DNA of 64,000 nt from contig CAWHMM010000004.1 of NCBI GenBank assembly GCA_963830555.1, positions 424,064-488,063 of the forward strand, given 5' to 3'. Position numbers and translations under genes: made by a program. Numbering within the stretch: position 1 is the stretch's first letter; every line of letters begins with the position of its first letter. The notes under the pieces are model-generated. The model made no database searches and was not told the origin of the DNA. It saw only the letters and a program-made list of their open reading frames with translations. Shown here in pieces: positions 56,319 through 64,000 of this stretch. This DNA is from an uncultured Acidobacteriaceae bacterium. GTDB lineage: Bacteria > Acidobacteriota > Terriglobia > Terriglobales > Acidobacteriaceae.

Positions 56319-57836
56319 ATGCAGCTTTCCCGTCGATCATTTCTTCCTTTAGTGGCGGGCGCTCTGCTCGCACTCGCCGCCTCCGCGCAACCCGGAGATG
56401 CCAAGCCGAACGTCGTCACCATCGACTGGAACAAGACACTCATCGTTTCCAAATCCACGCCCACCCTCCAGATCGTCGTCAATCCAATGACTCGCCCCGG
56501 TTCGCCGATTCACGACCAGACCTTCGCCGCCCTGAAGAGCCTGGGCGCGGACTACGTCCGCTACGTGCCCTGGGAGCCCTATCCGAGACTCGCGGTCGCC
56601 GAGCTCGATCCCCCCACCAGCAGTTCCACGTCATGGGATTTCTCGCTCATCGATCCCATGACGAAGGACTTCCTCAACGCGACCGGAGGCCATCCGACGG
56701 TGATGAACTTCAGCACCATTCCGGCATGGATGTTCAAGACCGACAAGCCCGTCGCATACCCCGCCGATCCTAACCAGGTCGTCTGGAACTACACCCAAGG
56801 AACGGAGCTGCGCGATCCATCCGCACAGCAGGTGGGGGACTATTACGCGCGCCTCGTCAGCTGGTACACACAGGGCGGCTTCACCGACGAGAACGGCAAG
56901 CGCCACGACTCCGGCTACCACTATCACTTCCCCGTGTGGGAGGTGCTGAACGAGGTCGACTTCGAGCACGAGACCACGCCGGAGTTGTACGCGCAGCGCT
57001 ACGACGCGATCGTCGCCGCCATCCACAAGGTCAGCCCGGAAACCAAATTCATGGGTCTCGCGCTCGCCGCACCGCAGAACGATCCGGGCTGGTTTACCTA
57101 CTTCCTCGACCACGCGCACCACGCTCCGGGCACGCCCATCGACTACATCTCCTATCACTTCTACGCGACCCCGCTGATCAGCGAAAACATCGACAACTGG
57201 CAGTACACCTTCTTCGATCAGGCCGACCGCTTCCTTACGAACGTTCGTTACGTGGAAGCGATCCGCAAACGCCTCTCGCCCGAAACGAAGACCGATCTGG
57301 ACGAGCTGGGCGTCATCCTGCCCACCGACGAACTCGAAAACAGCGCCGGCAAAGCTGGTCCCGATCGCATCCCTGCGCTCTACTGGAATGCTGCCGGCTC
57401 GCTCTACGCGTATCTCTTCATGAATCTCTCGCAGCAAGGCATCGATATCATCGGCGAATCGCAGCTGGTCGGTTATCCGTCGCAGTTTCCCAGCGTCTCG
57501 ATGATGGACTGGAAGAACGGCAAGCCAAACGCGCGCTACTGGGTGCTGAAGCTGATCAAGGACAACTTCCATTCCGGCGATACACTCGTCAAAACCGAAT
57601 TCAGCCACTGGAGCGACATCGACGGCCAGGCATTTGAGACTCCCGAAGGACACAAGCTCCTGCTGCTGAATCGGCATGACCGCGCGGCCGATGTCACGCT
57701 GCCTCCGGGCATCACCAGCTACACGCTTTCAACCGTAGACGGCGACACCGGCGACAACCCGCCACGCGTCGCGCAGGGAAGCGGTTCCACCCTCACCCTC
57801 GCGCCCTTCGCTGTCGCAGTCTTGAGCTGGAAATAG
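56319..57836 (+). CDS. exported clan GH-A glycoside hydrolase (GH39-like)
   Basis: 505 aa. Tat-like signal MQLSRRSFLPLVAGALLALAASA. Acid/base-type block FPVWEVLNEVD. The layout is like GH39 enzymes. The exact family is not verified. Confidence 0.65.
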   Translation: MQLSRRSFLPLVAGALLALAASAQPGDAKPNVVTIDWNKTLIVSKSTPTLQIVVNPMTRPGSPIHDQTFAALKSLGADYVRYVPWEPYPRLAVAELDPPTSSSTSWDFSLIDPMTKDFLNATGGHPTVMNFSTIPAWMFKTDKPVAYPADPNQVVWNYTQGTELRDPSAQQVGDYYARLVSWYTQGGFTDENGKRHDSGYHYHFPVWEVLNEVDFEHETTPELYAQRYDAIVAAIHKVSPETKFMGLALAAPQNDPGWFTYFLDHAHHAPGTPIDYISYHFYATPLISENIDNWQYTFFDQADRFLTNVRYVEAIRKRLSPETKTDLDELGVILPTDELENSAGKAGPDRIPALYWNAAGSLYAYLFMNLSQQGIDIIGESQLVGYPSQFPSVSMMDWKNGKPNARYWVLKLIKDNFHSGDTLVKTEFSHWSDIDGQAFETPEGHKLLLLNRHDRAADVTLPPGITSYTLSTVDGDTGDNPPRVAQGSGSTLTLAPFAVAVLSWK

Positions 57837-57862
57837 ATCGCAGCCGCATCTGCTCCGAGAAT

Positions 57863-59293
57863 ATGCCTACAGAACCTCATCTCCGCGTAGCCATCTGCGG
57901 CATCGGGCTTGAAGCCTACTGGGCCCAGTTCGACGGCCTGCGCGCGGAACTCGAAGGCTATCTCGCCCGCGTAGCGGACCAGCTTCAGTCATCGAAGGTA
58001 GAACTCGTGCCGCTCGGCCTGGTCGATTCCGCTGCCCGCGCGCGCGAAGCCGGACGCCAATGCCGCGCCACCAACGCCGATCTCCTCGTCCTCTACGTCA
58101 CCACCTACGCGCTTTCGAGCACCGTTCTGCTCCTCGCTCAGCAGGCCGGAGTTCCGATTCTGGTTCTCAACCTGCAGCCCCGCGCCGCAATCGACTACGC
58201 CGAGTTCAACCGCCTGGCGGACCGCACCCGCATGACCGGCTACTGGCTCGCCTACTGCTCCGCCTGTCCGGTTCCAGAGATCGCGAACGTCTTCACCCGC
58301 GCCGGCATTCCCTTCCATCAGGTCACCGGCTATCTCGACGATCCCGCGACATGGACCGAGATCCGCCAATGGCTCGCAGCCGCCAAGGTCCGCTCCATCC
58401 TGCGCGACAGCAACCTTGGCCTCTTCGGCCACTACTACAGCGGTATGCTCGACGTCTCCACCGACATCACGCAGATCGCCATCACCTTCGGCTGCCACAT
58501 CGAGATGCTCGAAGTCGACGAGCTCAGCGCCTTGCGCGAGAGCGTGACTGGAGAAGGAATAGACCAGCGAGTCCGCGACTTAAACGAGCAGTTTGACATC
58601 CAGCAGGACTGCTCGTCCGCGGAACTGGAGCGCGCCGCCCGCACCTCCATCGCACTCGACAGCTTCGTCGCGCAGCACGATCTCGCCGCACTCGCCTATT
58701 ACTACAAGGGCAGCGGCAACGCCGCCAACGAAGACACGATGAGCTCCATCATTCTGGGCACGTCACTCCTCACGGCTCGCCACATCCCCGTAGCCGGCGA
58801 ATACGAAGTGAAGAACGCCATCGCGATGAAGATCCTCGACGCTCTCGACGCCGGAGGCTCCTACACCGAGTACTACGCGGTCGACTACCACGATGATGTT
58901 GTCCTGATGGGCCACGACGGCCCCGGCCACATCGCCATCGCCGAAGGCAAAACGCGCGTTCGCCCGCTCGATGTCTTCCACGGCAAAGTCGGCCGCGGCC
59001 TCTCGGTCGAGATGTCCGTTCGCCACGGCCCGGTCACGCTGCTCTCCGTGGCCGAAGATAAGCAGCACGGCTTCAAGTTCCTGGTAGCGCACGCAGCCTG
59101 CGAGCCCGGCCCCACGCTCGCCATCGGCAACACCAACAGCCGCCTCCGCTTCCCCATCGGTGCGCGGCAATTCGTCGAACGATGGAACGAACAGGCCCCC
59201 GCGCATCACTGCGCCATTGGCATCGGGCATCTCGGTCCCACGCTGGACAAGCTCGCGCGTCTGTTACAAATACCCGTCCAGCAAGTTTGTTAA
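57863..59293 (+). CDS. L-arabinose / L-fucose isomerase family protein
   Basis: 476 aa. Overall pattern LRVAICGIGLEAYW..., PVAGEYEVKNAIAMKIL, VLMGHDGPGH and HHCAIGIGH resembles AraA/FucI-family sugar isomerases. Substrate unknown. Confidence 0.8.
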   Translation: MPTEPHLRVAICGIGLEAYWAQFDGLRAELEGYLARVADQLQSSKVELVPLGLVDSAARAREAGRQCRATNADLLVLYVTTYALSSTVLLLAQQAGVPILVLNLQPRAAIDYAEFNRLADRTRMTGYWLAYCSACPVPEIANVFTRAGIPFHQVTGYLDDPATWTEIRQWLAAAKVRSILRDSNLGLFGHYYSGMLDVSTDITQIAITFGCHIEMLEVDELSALRESVTGEGIDQRVRDLNEQFDIQQDCSSAELERAARTSIALDSFVAQHDLAALAYYYKGSGNAANEDTMSSIILGTSLLTARHIPVAGEYEVKNAIAMKILDALDAGGSYTEYYAVDYHDDVVLMGHDGPGHIAIAEGKTRVRPLDVFHGKVGRGLSVEMSVRHGPVTLLSVAEDKQHGFKFLVAHAACEPGPTLAIGNTNSRLRFPIGARQFVERWNEQAPAHHCAIGIGHLGPTLDKLARLLQIPVQQVC

Positions 59294-59305
59294 AGTTGCG
59301 GGCTG

Positions 59306-60487
59306 CTACTGAGGAGCCTCCGCCGCATCCAGCCGCTGCGGTGTGACCTCCGCATTCGACTGCGCCGCGCCGCCCTCGCTGCGCAGATGCGCAAACTCCG
59401 CCAGCGCTTTCCGCTGCTCGTCGCCCTTGCCCAGCTTGCGATCCACCTGCGCCAGCCTGTACCACGCGACGGAATCTTCCGGGTTCAACGCCACCGCCTT
59501 CTCCAGATGCTCCTCGGCCAGGGCGGGCTCGCCCTGCGTGACTAACGTCGCCGCCAGTCCTACGTGCGCTTCTTCAAAGGACGGATAACTCGCCACCGCC
59601 TGTTCGAAATACTTGCGGGCTTCCGCGGCATCGCCCTGCTTACGGCATATCTCGCCAAGCTCATATGCGGCATTCGCGTTCGCGGGGTCGATCCCGAGCT
59701 CCGCGTGGAACTCCTCTGCCGCCCGCTTCACATCCGCGTCATCGGACTTCCCTTCCGCCTTTGCCAGCAAAGTCCGGCCGATCCGGAAGTGCACGTTCGG
59801 GCGCGCGGGATCCTTCGCCAGCACTCCTTCGTAATCGTGGACAGCGGCCTCCGCGTCGCCCTGGCTCTCGTGAGCCTCGCCGGCTGCCATCAGCCCCCAC
59901 ACTGACTGGGGCGCCACCTGGAAGAGCTTCTGCGCCGTCAGAAATGCAGAGTTCCCAAACACTTTGCTTGAGTAGTACAGCACCTCTGGATCGTCCGGAT
60001 ATGCCTGCCTCAGATCGAGCGCCGTCTGAACGGCCTTTGTATCACTGTGCAGTGACGTATAGGCGCGCTCCAGCCGCAGGCCGCACATGCGCCGCAGCTC
60101 CTTGTCCGCGGTCTGATGAAATCCCTTCTCCAGCCCCGGCAGTGCCTCGCGGTACTCGCCTCGCTCGCTCAGCGCCATCGCCAGCAGCGAATCGACGCGC
60201 GGCAACCGTGAATTCAGTTCCAGCGCCCTGCGTAGCTCCTTGGTGGAGCTATCGAACTTGCCTTCTTTGAAATAGACCATCCCGAGCGTCACGTGCATCT
60301 CTGCAACGTCCGGTTCCTGCCGCACCAGTGCTGCATACGCCTGTTCGGCGTCGGCATACTTCCCGGCTTCCAGCGCAGCGCGACCGCGTTGCGCAAGCTC
60401 TTCCGGCGCTTGGCCGCGCACCGCAACAGCACACAGAGACAACAGGACGAGCCCGCCTGCTCCGCAAGCCCTGAAACAGCCATTCAT
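59306..60487 (-). CDS. tetratricopeptide repeat protein, exported
   Basis: 393 aa with a signal peptide. Repeated 34-residue A/Y/G-pattern units (GKYADAEQAYAALVRQEPD..., GDAAEARKYFEQAVASYPS...). Located 70 nt downstream of the TBDR-like gene on the same strand. Confidence 0.85.
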   Translation of the reverse strand: MNGCFRACGAGGLVLLSLCAVAVRGQAPEELAQRGRAALEAGKYADAEQAYAALVRQEPDVAEMHVTLGMVYFKEGKFDSSTKELRRALELNSRLPRVDSLLAMALSERGEYREALPGLEKGFHQTADKELRRMCGLRLERAYTSLHSDTKAVQTALDLRQAYPDDPEVLYYSSKVFGNSAFLTAQKLFQVAPQSVWGLMAAGEAHESQGDAEAAVHDYEGVLAKDPARPNVHFRIGRTLLAKAEGKSDDADVKRAAEEFHAELGIDPANANAAYELGEICRKQGDAAEARKYFEQAVASYPSFEEAHVGLAATLVTQGEPALAEEHLEKAVALNPEDSVAWYRLAQVDRKLGKGDEQRKALAEFAHLRSEGGAAQSNAEVTPQRLDAAEAPQ

Positions 60488-60557
60488 GCCGATAAGTCTA
60501 TCCCCCTAAAAGTTGGGCCTGCCATGCGTACAGCACGGCAGACCCGGTGGAGAGCTT

Positions 60558-63500
60558 TTAGAACGTGATCTTGCCACCCAGTTGCAAAATGCGTCCTGGT
60601 CGTGCAGACGTTATGTGGCCGAACAACACATTCGTCGCGGGCGGTTGATCGTTCACGTTCCGATCGACAGCCCCGGTACCCGGCCCGCCGGCGGCCGCCG
60701 AAGGCGATCCCGGATCTACGCCCCACTGCGTGTGATTGAAGACGTTGAAGCCCTCCACGCGGAACTGGAAGCTTGCCCGGTCACCCAGCGCAAAGCTCTT
60801 GCCCACTCCCATGTCCCAGTTGTTGATGCCCGGCTCGCGCAGAATGTTTCTGCCGCTGTTACCAAACGAGCCTGCTAGCGGCTGGGCAAAGGCGGCCGTA
60901 TTAAACCACTGGTTGATGCTCTTGTGGAAGTTCGCGTGCGGATTACCGACCAGCGTGGCGCGCTGGTTCCGAGCCTCCAGCAGACCAAAGTTATCGTTTC
61001 CCTGCACGGAGAACGGGAACCCCTGCTGGAAGGTCGCGATCCCCGTCCACTGCCAGCCGCCCACAGCCGCGTCCGTCAACCGATTCATCTGGCCGCCAAA
61101 CTTTTTTCCTCGCCCTACTGGAAGCTGGTAAACATAGCTCAAAACAAACCGCTGTCCTACGTCAAAGTCCGATCGCGCGTAGTCCAGGTTGGGATTGTGA
61201 TCGTCCATATGGCCCGCGAAGCCGTTCGTCGCGCCGATGCCGGCTGCGGCTGACTTGTCATCCATGCTTTTCGACCAGGTATAGACAGCCAGCAGCGCCA
61301 GATCCGTTGATCGCCGCTCCAGCCGCACATTCGCTGCGTTGTAGTTGGAATAGCCAGTCCAGTGGCTGTCCAGTGTCCCCGTTCCATTGGTGAAGTTCGG
61401 ATACGGTGTTCGGGCACTCACCGGGCAATCGCCCAGCAAGGGATTTGCCTGGCAGAATGCCGGGTTCGCCACCGTGAACGGCTGATTGATATTGATGCGG
61501 TCGAGCAGGTGTGTTCCCTTGTTGCCGACGTAGTTCAGCTCCAGCGTGGTGTTTCGTGCCACCTCGCGCTGCACGGAGGCCGACCACTGCTGCACGTATG
61601 GGTTTTGCGGCTTCTCCGAAATGATGACCGCGATGAACTGTCCCCCGGCCGGGAAGGTTGTGCCGCCATTCGAACCCACCGCCACCGGCTGCAGTGTACT
61701 CGCCGGCACAAACAGGTTGTCAGTGTTCTTCGGCAGCGTTGGATCCGCGGTGGGCGTGTTTGAGGCCCGTATCACGAACGGATACAAATCCCCGGAGTCG
61801 TCAATCTCGCGCGTCTCCGAAGAATCGAAGAAGATTCCGTAGCCGCCGCGAACCACCGTTTTGTCGGTGAGCCGGTACGCCAGGCCGAACCGCGGCGCGA
61901 ACGGATAGTAGGATGGATCCCGCGGATTATTGCGCCCGCAATACCGGTAGAACCCATTTCCGGCCGGAGCAATCCCATCTGTCAGCAGCTTCTGATTGGC
62001 GAAACACATTCCTCCCAGGGGGTTGGCCGTATCGACCCAGAACATCTTGTTATTGCTTTGCTCATACGGGATCGTCCGGAAATCCCAACGGATGCCCAGG
62101 TTCAGCGTCAGCTTCGAAGTAGCCTTCCAGTCATCCTGGAAATACGGTCCGATGTACTTGAATACGAATTGATTCAGGTTGCCCGGCGAGTTGCTGTTTG
62201 CCACGCTGAAGGGACCCGGCTGAAATGTCGATGCAACACCGTAATAGCCAAGCAGATAATCCGCCACTGCATTGCCTGTTCCGCAGTATGGCGTGGCGCA
62301 GCCCGCGCCGTTGTTGCTGATGGTCGTATTGTTAAAGGTATAGCTACCAAGGAAATTCGTGGATAGATCGCGCTTTTGAACCCAGGTGCGGTAATCGAAC
62401 CCCATGCTGAAGGTGTGCTTGCCCTTCACGGTGGAAAGAGAATCGGCAAACTCCCACATCGGAATATTGCTGGTCGTCGGATTATTCCCTGGGCTGCCCG
62501 CCCCTCCACTCAGATTTTGAAGACCGATACCGGGATATCCACGTGCATAGTCGGGCAGGTTCGTGAACACGCCCGTCAGTCCCAGGGCAGCGACGTCGGC
62601 GGTCGGTGCCGGGCTGTCGCCCTGCACGACCTGCGCGCCGAGATATCCGAAGCGAAAGTTGTTTACGAAGCCATGGGGCAGCGAAATGGTGTGCGAGATC
62701 TCCCAGCTCGTCGAATTTTCCGTGAAGATATTCAAGCCTGCGGGAATCGAGGTCGAACTCGCCGTATCCAGCAGATAGTTGGCCTTGGTGTAGCGAAAGA
62801 AGATGGAGCCGAACTTGCCGATGTTCTGATCCAGCCGGTATGTCTGCTGGTCGGTATTGTTGGGCAGCGTTGTGGCCAGATGGAAGTTGCCCAGGCATCC
62901 GCCGCCAAAGCAGTTCGGGCTGGGGAAGAGCTTCGTCGTCACGCTGGCCAGCCGCGAAAAGCGCGTCGACGGAACAACGTTGCCCGGAAACGGTGCGCCT
63001 GTAGCCGGATCGATCGGCATGCAGGGGTTGCTGCCGGCAAGCGCCGCGGTGCAGCCCGCAGTGCCATATGCCGGCAGCCCGCTCGTCGAAAAATTGCCGC
63101 CCAGCTCTGCCTGGCTGGGAATGTTGGAGTACGAACTGGTGCCGTTGCGAATGCGCCATCCCTCGTAGTTGGCCAACCAGAAGGTTTTGTCTCTGCCGTC
63201 GTACAGCTTGGGAATGACGACCGGGCCGCCCAGTACAAATCCGAACTGGTTCTGCCGCAGCTCCGGCTTCACCGGCTGAAAGTGCGTGCTGGCATCGAAC
63301 GCATCGTTGCGCGCAAATTCGAAAACTGAGCCGTGCAGCTTGTTTGTCCCGCTCTTGCTCACGATGTTGATCTGGTTGGCGCTGAAGCCGTACTCCGCGG
63401 AGTACGTTTCGCTCTGCACTCTGAATTCCTGGATGGCATCCTGCGACAGGATCACGGCCGGCGTATTGAGCGCCGTGTCGGTATTCACCATACCGTCCAG

Positions 63501-64000
63501 CGTGTAGTTGTTCGACTCCGGCCGCCCGCCGTTGATGCTGATCGCGTTGCCCTGCCCCTGCCGCATCTGTCCCTGCTCGCCCACCGTCTGCACGGCGCCT
63601 GCGCCGATGAACAGCAGGTTCAGGAAATTGCGCCCGTTCAGCGGAAGCTGGTCCACCTGCTTCTGGGTCACCAGTTGTGTCACCGCGGCCGTGTCGGTAT
63701 CGAGCGCGACAGCCGACGCATTGACCTGGATCGTCTCGGTTTCGGCTCCAGTCTTGAGTGACCCGTTCACGCGCGCCTGCTGCGCCACGCCCAACGTCAC
63801 GCCGCCGACCGTCTCTTTCGAAAATCCGGACGACTCAATCGTCACCGAATAGGGTCCCGGGTTGAGGTCCGGCACCGAGTAGTCGCCGGAGGAACTGGTC
63901 GTCGCCCGGTGAGACACACCGGTGCCCGTATTCGTGATGGTTACGGTTGCATTTGGCACCACCGCGCCTGAGCTGTCGGTGACCGTGCCCAGAATGGTTC
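60558..64000 (-). CDS. TonB-dependent-receptor-like outer membrane protein with carboxypeptidase-regulatory-like domain; 5' end beyond the right window edge
   Basis: The track ORF starts at an internal Met (63962), but the frame stays open to 64000 (..GTILGTVTDSSGAVVPNATVTITN..). Plug-like LPLNGRNFLNLLFIGAGAV. Terminal F. Confidence 0.9.
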   Translation of the reverse strand, partial: TILGTVTDSSGAVVPNATVTITNTGTGVSHRATTSSSGDYSVPDLNPGPYSVTIESSGFSKETVGGVTLGVAQQARVNGSLKTGAETETIQVNASAVALDTDTAAVTQLVTQKQVDQLPLNGRNFLNLLFIGAGAVQTVGEQGQMRQGQGNAISINGGRPESNNYTLDGMVNTDTALNTPAVILSQDAIQEFRVQSETYSAEYGFSANQINIVSKSGTNKLHGSVFEFARNDAFDASTHFQPVKPELRQNQFGFVLGGPVVIPKLYDGRDKTFWLANYEGWRIRNGTSSYSNIPSQAELGGNFSTSGLPAYGTAGCTAALAGSNPCMPIDPATGAPFPGNVVPSTRFSRLASVTTKLFPSPNCFGGGCLGNFHLATTLPNNTDQQTYRLDQNIGKFGSIFFRYTKANYLLDTASSTSIPAGLNIFTENSTSWEISHTISLPHGFVNNFRFGYLGAQVVQGDSPAPTADVAALGLTGVFTNLPDYARGYPGIGLQNLSGGAGSPGNNPTTSNIPMWEFADSLSTVKGKHTFSMGFDYRTWVQKRDLSTNFLGSYTFNNTTISNNGAGCATPYCGTGNAVADYLLGYYGVASTFQPGPFSVANSNSPGNLNQFVFKYIGPYFQDDWKATSKLTLNLGIRWDFRTIPYEQSNNKMFWVDTANPLGGMCFANQKLLTDGIAPAGNGFYRYCGRNNPRDPSYYPFAPRFGLAYRLTDKTVVRGGYGIFFDSSETREIDDSGDLYPFVIRASNTPTADPTLPKNTDNLFVPASTLQPVAVGSNGGTTFPAGGQFIAVIISEKPQNPYVQQWSASVQREVARNTTLELNYVGNKGTHLLDRININQPFTVANPAFCQANPLLGDCPVSARTPYPNFTNGTGTLDSHWTGYSNYNAANVRLERRSTDLALLAVYTWSKSMDDKSAAAGIGATNGFAGHMDDHNPNLDYARSDFDVGQRFVLSYVYQLPVGRGKKFGGQMNRLTDAAVGGWQWTGIATFQQGFPFSVQGNDNFGLLEARNQRATLVGNPHANFHKSINQWFNTAAFAQPLAGSFGNSGRNILREPGINNWDMGVGKSFALGDRASFQFRVEGFNVFNHTQWGVDPGSPSAAAGGPGTGAVDRNVNDQPPATNVLFGHITSARPGRILQLGGKITF

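Noticed and set aside
1-64000. CRISPR arrays, IS elements, transposases, phage genes, toxin-antitoxin pairs and rRNA genes
   Set aside because: I looked for regularly spaced repeats, terminal inverted repeats, DDE/integrase-like ORFs and rRNA signatures while reading both strands. I found none.

Overview
This is a high-GC chromosomal segment. Its gene content suggests Acidobacteriota, which is an inference only: a PadR + 'ADOP' duplicated-permease pair, four CarboxypepD_reg-type TonB-dependent-receptor-like outer membrane proteins, and many secreted glycosidases. I support 38 protein-coding regions (two run off the window edges), one tRNA-Ser(UGA), one tmRNA, one intrinsic terminator-like hairpin and three short tandem-repeat operator candidates. 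I saw no CRISPR array, IS element, integrase or prophage genes.

The window falls into three blocks:
- 3.8-18.3 kb: an envelope-glycan modification block. It holds FkbH-like loader + carrier protein + MBOAT + membrane-anchored SGNH-like protein, then three GT-C-like membrane proteins, a methyltransferase-GT2 fusion and two further methyltransferases. The tmRNA gene sits in the middle.
- 18.3-29 kb: mixed housekeeping and stress genes. These are a CxCxC cysteine-rich secreted protein behind a long leader, an SDR, a NUDIX hydrolase, an orphan PD-(D/E)xK-like protein, a divergent EF-G paralog and an L,D-transpeptidase.
- 29-64 kb: polysaccharide-utilisation genes. There is a 10.6-kb co-directional array (GH36-type enzyme, APC permease, DeoR regulator, TBDR-like protein, unassigned GH-like protein) with recurring 10-bp T-rich tandem repeats in its promoter gaps. 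A rhamnoside cluster follows (two GH106-like, GH78, RhaM, GH39-like, AraA/FucI-family isomerase, ROK kinase, PMI-like).

The best candidate for an undescribed system is the FkbH / carrier protein / MBOAT / SGNH module. It looks like a Dlt-type trans-membrane acylation pathway primed by an FkbH loader instead of an adenylating enzyme.

All family assignments come from motifs read by eye. No database search was run.
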